A stretch of 64,000 nucleotides of DNA, taken from contig CAVTLK010000005.1 in the NCBI GenBank assembly GCA_963735595.1, positions 320,001 through 384,000 of the forward strand. The letters run 5' to 3'. Numbering within the stretch: the first letter of the stretch is position 1; the number at the start of each line of letters is the position of its first letter. This stretch comes from an uncultured delta proteobacterium. GTDB lineage: Bacteria; Desulfobacterota; Zymogenia; Zymogenales; Zymogenaceae. The position numbers and the translations under genes are program-made. Below the pieces are notes generated by a model. The model was not told the origin of the DNA, did no database searches, and saw nothing but the letters and a program-made list of their open reading frames with translations. This document shows positions 1 to 9,109 of the stretch, in pieces.

Positions 1-168
1 AACGCCGGCGGCAAGCCCCAGCATGAAGTCGAGGAGCTTCTTGCTGACTTGTTTTGTCGCGAATATGACCGACGCCCCGAGCGCGGTCAGCGCCCAGGTA
101 AAAATGCCGGCCGCGAGCGCCTGCGAAGCCGGATTCATCTGCCGCACGTAATCAAGCATATCCACCAT
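1..168 (-). CDS. ZIP-family (ZupT/GufA-like) metal transporter, 5' part (runs off the window start)
   Basis: Manual translation from ATG at 168: MVDMLDYVRQMNPASQALAAGIFTWALTALGASVIFATKQVSKKLLDFMLGLAAGV, matching the ZIP N-terminal TM1-TM2 pattern (TALGA...LD.MLG.AAGV). Confidence 0.8.
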   Translation of the reverse strand, partial: MVDMLDYVRQMNPASQALAAGIFTWALTALGASVIFATKQVSKKLLDFMLGLAAGV

Positions 169-380
169 TGTCCCGATCTCCCGGCAACGTATTCAACAAA
201 GCGGCTCACGGCACAGCATCCGCGCGTCGCATTGATATACCGATACGAAAAAGAAGACGGAGGTTCGTCCCCGCGCGAGTATTCGGGGGGGGGTAAGTAT
301 CCGATGTATCACTTCTCCTAGTGCGCGGGAAGCGGGCCGTATCGTATGGGTTGCCTCCCGCCGTCACCGAACCGCGCCGA

Positions 381-776
381 TTACTTCCCGGCCTTGAGCA
401 GGTCGCGGATCTCGGCCAGCAGCTTCTCCTGATTCGAGGGCCCGGGGGGCGCTTCCTCTTTCTTCTTCTGCAGCTTATTCATCCCGAGCACAACCAGAAA
501 GATCGCAAACGCGATGATGATAAAGTCGATGACCGTGTTGATAAAGACGCCGTATTTGACCGCAACCGCGGGGACTTCGCCGGACGCGTCCTTGAGGGTG
601 ATCATCAGGTTCGAAAAGTCCACCCCGCCGAGCAACATACCGATGGGTGGCATGAGGACGTCGGTTACAAACGAGCTGACGATCTTGCCGAACGCCGCGC
701 CGATCACGATGCCGACCGCCATATCGACCACGTTTCCGCGCATGGCGAAGTTCTTGAACTCCTTCAACAGGCCCAT
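381..776 (-). CDS. mscL: Large-conductance mechanosensitive channel
   Basis: [30 protein letters not shown] and C-terminal [18 protein letters not shown] upstream. Confidence 0.98.
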   Translation of the reverse strand: MGLLKEFKNFAMRGNVVDMAVGIVIGAAFGKIVSSFVTDVLMPPIGMLLGGVDFSNLMITLKDASGEVPAVAVKYGVFINTVIDFIIIAFAIFLVVLGMNKLQKKKEEAPPGPSNQEKLLAEIRDLLKAGK

Positions 777-1096
777 CACACACCTCCGTAATTACTGCGT
801 GTTTGCTTTTTAAATGCCCGGGAGCGCTATTTAAAAAACCGGGCGGTAACGACAATACTACCACCCGTCTTCCAGAACGTCAACTATCGCCCGTCGCGTT
901 ACGGCGGCGCGCCGCCCGATAGACAAAATCCGCGTCTTTGCGCGGATTTTTCTAAAGATGTCGGGGCAATGTCGTGTACCGGTTCTCAGCAAACCGCCCT
1001 GAAAAACCGACGCTTGTATTCACTCCCTTTATCGGTATCTCCCGCCCGAACCGCCGGGAGGAGCGTTCCAGCACGCGCGCGGCCGTATCCGGCAGG

Positions 1097-1693
1097 CTAA
1101 GCCATCTTGATCTCGTAGTAGCACGTGTCGTCACCCTTTGCCTTGCATTTCGTCTCGATGACCTGCCCCGCGTTTTTGCCGTACGCCCAGTCGGCGATGT
1201 ATTGAAGCGCACCTGTATATTGAAGACAGACCGGCCTGTTCGTTCCCGAGGCGTGATACGGTGAGCACACCGTGCAGTCAAAGCAGTCGAAATCAACCCT
1301 CCCCGTGCCGGTCATCACCGTCTTCCCCTTGCCGATCACAATCGAGAGGAATTCGCTGCACTTGTTATATTTTTCATCGGGGGTAAGGTCCTTAAAGGCG
1401 TCAAACGCATGGCCGAACTCGTTCCCGTATTGTACGGCCGCGTATCCGACCCGCCTCCATATGCTCAGCGCTCCCTTGAGCCCGACGAGCTCGGCGACCT
1501 CGATATAGAGCCGGGATTGTGATTCCACGGAAATGTTGGGACTCAAATCGTACGGGGGGGGAGCGTCATAGATGTCCTCGAACCCCGCATTTCTGAAAAC
1601 TATTCTCGCGCCGTTGTTCCCCAGGATTTCGGTGAAGCAATCGACAGCCGCACGTATGGACATATTCGTCGCCCTTCTCTCGTCGCTGCTCAT
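1097..1693 (-). CDS. V4R (4-vinyl reductase) domain protein
   Basis: C-terminal CxxC...PVC...G.L...V.ETKCKAKGDDTC.Y pattern typical of V4R; AGGAG RBS favours ATG at 1693. Confidence 0.8.
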   Translation of the reverse strand: MSSDERRATNMSIRAAVDCFTEILGNNGARIVFRNAGFEDIYDAPPPYDLSPNISVESQSRLYIEVAELVGLKGALSIWRRVGYAAVQYGNEFGHAFDAFKDLTPDEKYNKCSEFLSIVIGKGKTVMTGTGRVDFDCFDCTVCSPYHASGTNRPVCLQYTGALQYIADWAYGKNAGQVIETKCKAKGDDTCYYEIKMA

Positions 1694-2232
1694 AATGGAC
1701 AACTCCTAAAATTGATAATGTTAGCATAGCAAAACGGTATTGTACAATCGCTTTCGCGCCCTTTGGGTCTCGCGGATGGCTCCACCACGCACGCACTGCG
1801 CCCGGCAGATCGTACGACCCTCAATCCAGGCGAGCGAGGAATTGAGGCCCAGTAATACTAGAGCAATTACTATACCAAGCTGGAATAGAGGGGCTTTGAA
1901 TTATTTACGATACTCTTAAGAAAAAGACGGAGTTTATAGCACGAATGTCCTAACCGGTCGCAACGCGCCTTCCGAACGAAGTGGCTGGATGAACGCAAAC
2001 TGCCAAATATTTGGCACCGGAGGGAGTTGCACGGTATTACTGGCTTTTAACCTGGCTCAAAGCGCAAATTATTCTTCAGGTCGTTTAATAAACAGGCAAA
2101 GATGTTTCCGAATTTCGTGCAGACCGCTTCAATTATTCGTATTTTTCGTTGGGTACACCTAAAAAGAAGGAAAAAGGGGCACGGTCTCCGTTTGGACTCG
2201 ATTTACCCGGCCCTCCGCAGGCCTTCGGTCCC

Positions 2233-2592
2233 TCACTCCCGCACCGGGAGCTCCCGCCCGCACCTCCGGCACGAGCGCACCACGCCGCGCTTTCGGTCGT
2301 TCCTGAAGACGTGATCCATTACGTCGCAATCCGGGCAGAGGTCGAAGTTTCGGAAGAGAACCTTCCCCTCGGCCGTCCTGATGAACTTGATGTCGACAAA
2401 CCTGAGCCAGAAGCGGTTGGTCGCCTCGGTCATCTTCCCGTCGGCCGACACCTCGTCGAATAAAAACCCCCCCACCCCGATGATGAAGGCCCCCCGGGGC
2501 AGCACGACGGCATTGCGGCCGGGGTCATAGGACCCGCCGTGGGCCAATCCGGGAGTGTTTACGCCCTCGGTAAGTACGATCTCGATACCCAT
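2233..2592 (-). CDS. Hypothetical protein with C-terminal zinc-ribbon-like CxxC...CxxC
   Basis: 119 aa ORF with GGAGAGG RBS; CPDC and CRRC motifs. Confidence 0.6.
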   Translation of the reverse strand: MGIEIVLTEGVNTPGLAHGGSYDPGRNAVVLPRGAFIIGVGGFLFDEVSADGKMTEATNRFWLRFVDIKFIRTAEGKVLFRNFDLCPDCDVMDHVFRNDRKRGVVRSCRRCGRELPVRE

Positions 2593-2844
2593 CGCGCCTC
2601 TCCGCTTGCAGAAAAAAGTGAACCATATCAGCGGGCGGCGTCGTTGTCAAGAACTCTCGGAGGCGGATACGTCGTGTGCGCCGCAGACGCATTTTTAGAT
2701 TGATACGCGCACCGTTCTCGTGTAGTCTATACCCTACGTCCACCGATAATTCTCACCGGCGCTCCACTCTCTCTGACGACGATGGTCTTCCTCGGCGATC
2801 TGGAAAAAGCGGCACAATTACGTAACCATTCGCGGAGTCCACCC

Positions 2845-4473
2845 ATGAAACCGACCGGCCACACCCTCTGCCCGACAAACCTTATCCACGACGCACTTTC
2901 CGAGGCGGCGCGGCCGCTGCCGGACGGTTCCTCCCGCACGGCCTATATCTTTCGCGACAGACGCATCAGCTTTAAAGACGTGGACGAGGCCTCCGACCGG
3001 GTTGCGGCGGGCCTGCTGAAGCTCGGGGTCGTCCGGGGCGACCGCATCGGGATGATCGGCGCCAATCAGCCCGAATGGCTCTACACCTATTTTGCCGCCG
3101 CCAAGATCGGGGCGACGGTCGTGGCCCTCAACGTCCGCTACCGGGACGTGGAGCTCGAATATATGCTCAACCAGAGCCAAACCAGGGCCCTGGTCACCAT
3201 CACCGAGCTTGGGGGTTTTGACTACGTGGGATTCTTCGACTCGTTTCGGGCGCAGATCCCCACGGTGACCGACTTTATTTTCATAGAGTCCGATTCGACC
3301 CCGGCCGACGCGATCGGGAAATTTTCCGGCGGCCACTCGTATCGCCGACTCTTGGAGGCGCCGGTTGACGAGGCCGCGCTGGCCAAGGCCAGGGCGGCGG
3401 TGGTCCCCGGCGACCTGATTATCATCATCTACACCTCCGGGACCACGGGAAAACCCAAGGGGGCGGCCATCTCCCACAAGAGCCAGCTCGCCTCGGCCCG
3501 GGCCCAGGTAGAGCACGCCGGGATGACCCACGAGGACAGTCTGCTGGTGGTGCTGCCGCTCAACCATGTGGGGGGCATCACCTGCGCGATCCTCTCCAGC
3601 ATCCTGGCGAAGGCTGCCGGCGTACTGATCCCCATCCCCGACCCCGGAGACGTGGTCAGGCAGGCGGCCGCCTACGCCCCCACGGTCTACGGCGGCGTGC
3701 CCACCCTCTATACTATACTCTTCATGAACCCGGACTTCCTCAAGCTCGACATGAGCGGGGTGAGGCTTGCGATATGCGGCGGCTCTAACGCGGAGCCGGC
3801 GCTGCTGACCCGAATCCAGGAGGTTTTCCCCAACGCGAAGGTGATGAACCTCTACGGCCTCTCGGAGACCTCCGGCGCGGTCGTGCTTTCGCCATGGGAG
3901 AGCGATTTCGAGACGACGGTGCGCTCCATCGGCAAACCGATCAGCGATTTCAGGGTCAAAGTAGTCGATCCGGCGGGTGCGGAGCTACCGACCGGGGAGG
4001 TCGGCGAGCTTTGCTTTTCGGCCGACGCCGTCTGCCGGGGGTATTTCAGGATGCCCGGGGAGACCGCCGAGACCTTCGATAAGGACGGCTGGCTCCATAC
4101 CGGGGACATGGGGTGCCTTGACGAACAGGGGTACATCACGCTCAAGGGGAGAAAGAAGGAGATGTACCTGCAGGGTGGCTACAACGTCTACCCGGTGGAG
4201 GTGGAAAACCTCCTCGGCAAACACCCGAAGGTCCTCATGGCGGCGGGTATCGGCGTGCCCGACCCGGTGCTGGGGGAGGTAGGCCGCTACTATATCGTGC
4301 CCCGGCCGGGGACCGACCCCACCGAGGAAGAGCTCAAGGCCTACTGCAAACAGCACCTTGCCGACTATAAAGTCCCCCGGCAGATCGTCTTTCGGGAGTC
4401 GCTCCCGCTGACCCCGGTGGGAAAGATCATGAAACTGAGACTCAGGGAAGAGTTCGAAAAGTCGGAACAGTAG
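2845..4473 (+). CDS. Long-chain acyl-CoA synthetase / AMP-binding enzyme
   Basis: YTSGTTGKPKG, YGLSET, GWLHTGD and PLTPVGKI motifs; GGAG RBS before ATG 2845. Confidence 0.95.
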   Translation: MKPTGHTLCPTNLIHDALSEAARPLPDGSSRTAYIFRDRRISFKDVDEASDRVAAGLLKLGVVRGDRIGMIGANQPEWLYTYFAAAKIGATVVALNVRYRDVELEYMLNQSQTRALVTITELGGFDYVGFFDSFRAQIPTVTDFIFIESDSTPADAIGKFSGGHSYRRLLEAPVDEAALAKARAAVVPGDLIIIIYTSGTTGKPKGAAISHKSQLASARAQVEHAGMTHEDSLLVVLPLNHVGGITCAILSSILAKAAGVLIPIPDPGDVVRQAAAYAPTVYGGVPTLYTILFMNPDFLKLDMSGVRLAICGGSNAEPALLTRIQEVFPNAKVMNLYGLSETSGAVVLSPWESDFETTVRSIGKPISDFRVKVVDPAGAELPTGEVGELCFSADAVCRGYFRMPGETAETFDKDGWLHTGDMGCLDEQGYITLKGRKKEMYLQGGYNVYPVEVENLLGKHPKVLMAAGIGVPDPVLGEVGRYYIVPRPGTDPTEEELKAYCKQHLADYKVPRQIVFRESLPLTPVGKIMKLRLREEFEKSEQ

Positions 4474-4583
4474 GCACGGCCCACGAGAGTCCGGTTTTCG
4501 CCGGGATACGCGTTGGCGCCCCGGCCCCGGCGGCGGCCTGCCGCCCGGAACGCCGGTTTTCATCCGGAAGGCGAGGTTAGGCG

Positions 4584-5453
4584 ATGGAATTGAACGCAGC
4601 CCTTCTTGGTTTAATCGTCTTCGGCCACATCACCGACGAGGCGAGCCCGCTCCGGCGGCTCCTCCTGAAGGGCTATGCATCCAAGGAGGTCGAGCTCCTC
4701 AAAATCCTTTTCCGTGTCAGCCGCCTTTCGATCATGAAACGGGCGTGGTTCCGAAAGCCCTTCTATTATCTCTTCGCCCATTTCCTGGGGACCCGCGGGG
4801 TGGTCTGCCAGGCGGCGACGCTTGCCGAAGCCCATGCCTTCATCGACGACCTTCCCGAGGAGTACGCGCTGGCCGTGGGGCCGTGCCGCTGCCGGGTCGG
4901 CAACAAGAACTGCGACCACGAGGTCATGACGGACATCGTCATCCGCCGCACTGCGCCCATCTGGTACAAGGAGCTCTTCCCGAAGGACTACCGCGTGATT
5001 TCCAAAAAGGAGGCCAAGGAGATTTGCCGGACGTCGCGAAAGGCCGGCATGATCCAGTCGATCGACCGGCACCTCTATTACCGAAACAGCGAAAACTACT
5101 TTGTCGTCTGCAACTGCTGCAAGGAATCGTGCGTCCCGATCATCGCCTACCGGCTCTTCAAGGACGAGCCGTACCGGTTCTTCCCCTCGCGTTCCGTTTC
5201 GACGGTGGACGAGGCAAAATGCCGGTCCTGCGGCACGTGCATCGAGGCCTGCCCCTTCGAGGAACGGACGCTCGCGTCCGGGGACGGGCGGGCCGCCCGC
5301 AGCGGCGGAAAAACGGCTGCCCGCTCCAGCAAGATCGTCGCCCGCGTGCTCAACTGCCAGGGATGCGGGCGCTGCGCCGACGTCTGCCAGGCGAAAGCGA
5401 CGTTCATGATACCGCGGGAGGACTCTCCGCTGCGGGACGTGAAACCGTGGTGA
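4584..5453 (+). CDS. 4Fe-4S dicluster-binding protein
   Basis: CRCR, CNCC..SC, CRSCGTCIEACP and CQGCGRCADVC motifs. Confidence 0.85.
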   Translation: MELNAALLGLIVFGHITDEASPLRRLLLKGYASKEVELLKILFRVSRLSIMKRAWFRKPFYYLFAHFLGTRGVVCQAATLAEAHAFIDDLPEEYALAVGPCRCRVGNKNCDHEVMTDIVIRRTAPIWYKELFPKDYRVISKKEAKEICRTSRKAGMIQSIDRHLYYRNSENYFVVCNCCKESCVPIIAYRLFKDEPYRFFPSRSVSTVDEAKCRSCGTCIEACPFEERTLASGDGRAARSGGKTAARSSKIVARVLNCQGCGRCADVCQAKATFMIPREDSPLRDVKPW

Positions 5454-5517
5454 GACACCGGGAGAACAACCGCCGTAACCCCGAAAATCCCGGTGTGGAG
5501 GATGAGAACCGCCGATC

Positions 5518-6420
5518 ATGGGTAAGAGAAAAATCGGGATCGTGTTCATGAGAACGATACGAGGGATCGCCGTCCTAATCCTGCTCGGGCTGTCGACGCT
5601 GGCCGGCGGCGATCCCTTCGGAACGGCGGAGCCGCTCTGGAGCCGCTATTTCGAAAAGAACCCCCGGGTGAGAGAGATACTCGGTACGCGCGATATACCC
5701 CTCACGGATCGGGAGCGGTGCGAGGCGGTCCGGGAGATGTTCCGAGAGGCCGGGCCGGCCGAGCCGGTACTGGAGGCGTCGGATTGTATTGAGACGTGCC
5801 CGGGAAACGTAGTTGGGAAGCTGCCGGGGCCCGCGCCCGGCGCGATCATCATCTCGGCACACCTGGATCGGGCCGGATCGGGGGAGGGGGCGGTCGACGA
5901 TTTCTCCGGGGTGGTCATGGTGGCGATGCTGCTGGGCCATTTCCGGGACCGGATGCACAGACATACGCTGATATTTGTCGCGTTCGACGGGGAGGAAGAG
6001 GGCCTGAACGGCTCGCGTCGGTTTATCGAGACAAGCACACACATGCCGAAGGATGTCCTGGCCGTAATCAACCTCGAGTGCCTCGGCGTCACGTTTCCCC
6101 GCTCGTGGGAGGAGGGGTCGTCGGAGTCGCTCGAGGAGATGTTTATCACAGCCGGGAAACTAAACCGGATCGATTCCGGGCCCGTATCGGTCAGGGGCGT
6201 GAAGGCCGATTCGATCGCGTTCCTGGAGGCGGGCTATCCCGCGATCACCGTCCATGGTATCGACCCGGAGGATATCAGGCGCCTCGGGACCGGTTGGGAC
6301 CGGGCCGGGGTCGTGCGGACCGACATACTCTCGGTAACCTTCGACGCGCTGACCGAATTTATCCGTGAGCTGGACGCGCTCGCGATCGCCCCGGACGCGG
6401 CAAACGAGACATACCCGTGA
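5518..6420 (+). CDS. M28-family Zn metallopeptidase, secreted (start may be 5548)
   Basis: SAHLD, GAVDDFSG, FDGEEEGLNGS, INLE motifs; signal-peptide-like N-terminus. Confidence 0.85.
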   Translation: MGKRKIGIVFMRTIRGIAVLILLGLSTLAGGDPFGTAEPLWSRYFEKNPRVREILGTRDIPLTDRERCEAVREMFREAGPAEPVLEASDCIETCPGNVVGKLPGPAPGAIIISAHLDRAGSGEGAVDDFSGVVMVAMLLGHFRDRMHRHTLIFVAFDGEEEGLNGSRRFIETSTHMPKDVLAVINLECLGVTFPRSWEEGSSESLEEMFITAGKLNRIDSGPVSVRGVKADSIAFLEAGYPAITVHGIDPEDIRRLGTGWDRAGVVRTDILSVTFDALTEFIRELDALAIAPDAANETYP

Positions 6421-6457
6421 AAAATGCGCGCCTTTTTGGTCCGTGCGAAGAAAAATG

Positions 6458-6500
6458 TTGACACGGCGGGGCGTCACGGTAGAATACTGACTGGTCAGTA
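6458..6500 (+). promoter_or_regulatory. Sigma70-type promoter with overlapping palindromic TetR-type operator
   Basis: TTGACA (6458-6463), 16 bp, TAGAAT (6480-6485); palindrome TACTGAC-TG-GTCAGTA at 6485-6500 just upstream of the TetR gene. Confidence 0.75.
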
Positions 6501-6519
6501 AACGAGACAAGGACAACTC

Positions 6520-7113
6520 ATGCCGACGAAGGAAGAGCTCAAGAACCGCCGCGAAACCCAGATCACCCGCGCCGCCTACGAGATTATCGCAAAGAACGGG
6601 TACGAAAATATCACCGTCCAGGACATAGCCGATCACGCCGGCTTTTCCAAGGGAATCGTCTACTACTACTTCAAGAGCAAAGACGATGTCATGGTTTCCC
6701 TGTTCAACTCCATTATCGGGGTCATCGACAACCGCTTTGCTGAGGTCAGGAGGAAGAACCCCGATCCCCGGCAGCAGCTCGAAAGCGTCATCAAGATAAG
6801 CCTGGACATTATCAATGAGCATATAGAGTTCTACCGGGTGATCATGGTCTTCTGGACTCACGTCCACCACAAGCAGTTTATGAGAGAGATAAATGCGAAG
6901 CTCTTTTCGCATTGGCGGCGCGAGATCGAAAAGATCCTCAAGCTCGGTGTGGACCGGGGCGTGTTTGCGCCGGGGCTTGCGGTGAGCCTTACGGCATCGG
7001 CCATAATCGCGCGGGTCCTGGGGATATCGCTGCAGTATATCTTCGACCCGAGCGCGTTTGACCTGGGGGTTATGCGGGAGCGGGTCGTCCAGGAAATACT
7101 TTCGAGCGTATAA
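6520..7113 (+). CDS. TetR/AcrR family transcriptional regulator
   Basis: HTH GYENITVQDIADHAGFSKGIVYYYFKSKDD. Confidence 0.95.
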   Translation: MPTKEELKNRRETQITRAAYEIIAKNGYENITVQDIADHAGFSKGIVYYYFKSKDDVMVSLFNSIIGVIDNRFAEVRRKNPDPRQQLESVIKISLDIINEHIEFYRVIMVFWTHVHHKQFMREINAKLFSHWRREIEKILKLGVDRGVFAPGLAVSLTASAIIARVLGISLQYIFDPSAFDLGVMRERVVQEILSSV

Positions 7114-7213
7114 GGGGGGTGAACGCGGGCAGGGACTCTGTGACGGAGCAGCGGACGGCTCGCAGGCCGCAGTTATAGATCGTTTTGATACAGACACATA
7201 ATGGAGGCCTCCT

Positions 7214-8413
7214 ATGAAGTATCCCGATATTGCATTTGAACCTTTTTTCACGTTCGTCCACCGGCCCCGGATCTTGTATTCCCCGGGTGTGCGGGCCGAG
7301 GTCGCCTATGAGATGGGGCAGCTCGGGGGGACGAAGGCGGTAATCTTCACCGACCAGGGGATCGTCAAGGCGGGGGTCTGCGACATGGTCGCCGACGAGG
7401 TGAAGAAGTCCGACCTCAAGCTCGTGGGGATTTTCGACTCGATCGTCCAGGACGCCCGGATCGACATCATCAACGAGGGGACGAAGTTCTACAAGAAGAA
7501 CGGCGCCGATTGCATGATCGTCATCGGCGGCGGCAGCGTCATGGACACCGCCAAGGCCGTCAACATCATGGTAGGCCAGGGACACGAAGACTTCAAACCG
7601 CTGGCCGAACAGGCGGCACTCTATGACGACGCGAAACGCCTTCCCCCCCATATTGCGTTTCCGACGACGGCCGGGACCGGCAGCGAGGTGACGTTTGCGA
7701 TGGTGGTTCTAGATACGGCTGCCCACGCGAAGCTCTCGGTGGCCCACCCCTACTGCACGTGCGACCTGGCGATGCTCGACCCGGAGCTGATGGTGAAGCT
7801 CCCGCCCAAGATAACGGCGTTTACCGGCATGGACGCGCTCACCCATGCGGTGGAGGGGGTTACCGCCACGTCGGCCGAGCCGATCGCGGATGCGCTCAAC
7901 CTTCACGCGATCCGGATGGTCTTCAAGTTCCTGCCGCTAGCCGTCAAGGAGCCGGACAACGTCGACGCCCGGGGCGGAATGCTGCTTGCCAGCTGCATTG
8001 CCGGCATGGGGTTCGGCAACTCCATGACCGGGGCGGTCCACGCCACGGCCCATGCGCTGGGCGGTGTCTACAGTATCCCCCACGGCCTGGCCAACGCGAT
8101 CATGCTGCCGATCGTGATGGACTATAACGTCGAGGCGACGCCGGAGCGCTTCATGATGGCCGCCGATGCCATGGGGATCAACGTGGAGGGGATGGATCCC
8201 GTCAAGGCCGGCAGGGCAGCGGTCCAGGCCGTCAGGGACCTCAAGAAGGATATCGGGCTTACCGATACGCTGGCGAGCCTCGGCGTGCCGGACGACCGCG
8301 AGAAGCTGCAGCCCCTGGCCGAGACCGCCATGGGAGATTCCCAGATCAGCTACAACCCGAACCCGATCGAGGAATCCGATATCCTGGATCTCTACCTCAA
8401 GGCAATGAAATAA
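7214..8413 (+). CDS. Iron-containing alcohol dehydrogenase
   Basis: GGGSVMDTAK, PTTAGTGSEVT, GMDALTHAVE, HATAH, PHGLAN motifs. Confidence 0.95.
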   Translation: MKYPDIAFEPFFTFVHRPRILYSPGVRAEVAYEMGQLGGTKAVIFTDQGIVKAGVCDMVADEVKKSDLKLVGIFDSIVQDARIDIINEGTKFYKKNGADCMIVIGGGSVMDTAKAVNIMVGQGHEDFKPLAEQAALYDDAKRLPPHIAFPTTAGTGSEVTFAMVVLDTAAHAKLSVAHPYCTCDLAMLDPELMVKLPPKITAFTGMDALTHAVEGVTATSAEPIADALNLHAIRMVFKFLPLAVKEPDNVDARGGMLLASCIAGMGFGNSMTGAVHATAHALGGVYSIPHGLANAIMLPIVMDYNVEATPERFMMAADAMGINVEGMDPVKAGRAAVQAVRDLKKDIGLTDTLASLGVPDDREKLQPLAETAMGDSQISYNPNPIEESDILDLYLKAMK

Positions 8414-8493
8414 TCGCCGCGGCGTTTAAATGATTACGTGATTTGTGCGGGAAAACGATAGATATCATTTAGTAGATTTATGTGGAGGATACC

Positions 8494-8913
8494 ATGGAAT
8501 TCTGGAAAGACGCCAAAGAGCCTATCGACGCGTTTTTAAAAATGTTTGAAAAATGCATGAAAGACCCGGAGTTATCCGCAGGCCTCAAGAAGGTCAACCA
8601 GGTCATCCTGTTTGACTACACCCAGGACGGCCCCGACTGTTCCTTCTGGATCGACACCCGCGGGGGTAAGCTCACCGCCGGCCCCGGCAAGCCTGCGGAC
8701 AAGCCGGACCTCGTGATGAGCCTGTCGGCGGACGACGCGCACCGGTCATGGTCCAACAAGCTCAACCCGGTCATGGCCATCACCCGGGGCAAGATCAAGG
8801 TCAAGGGATCGGCCACGGGGCTGTTGAAGCTGGCCCCGAAGCTCAAGAGGGTCGCCGAACTATATAATGAGGTACTCACGGAGTCGGGCCAGGAGGCAAA
8901 AATCCTCAAGTAG
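8494..8913 (+). CDS. SCP2 sterol/lipid-binding domain protein
   Basis: PDLVMSLSAD...KLNPVMAITRGKIKVKG, typical SCP2 C-terminal motif; GGAGG RBS. Confidence 0.85.
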   Translation: MEFWKDAKEPIDAFLKMFEKCMKDPELSAGLKKVNQVILFDYTQDGPDCSFWIDTRGGKLTAGPGKPADKPDLVMSLSADDAHRSWSNKLNPVMAITRGKIKVKGSATGLLKLAPKLKRVAELYNEVLTESGQEAKILK

Positions 8914-9109
8914 GGGGGGATGCGGCCGCTTTTCTATATTGGTGTCCGAAAACAGGCGGTGCCGGCAGGCATACTTCATCGTTTTTTGAATACGGCCCGT
9001 GAGACGTCACGTCACCGGATGCGTCGAGCCACGGGTCCGCGCCGTTGTTTTGTCTGTATCTGAGCACCCGGCACCGCCTCTTCAATCGTACAACAACAAG
9101 GGGGAACGT

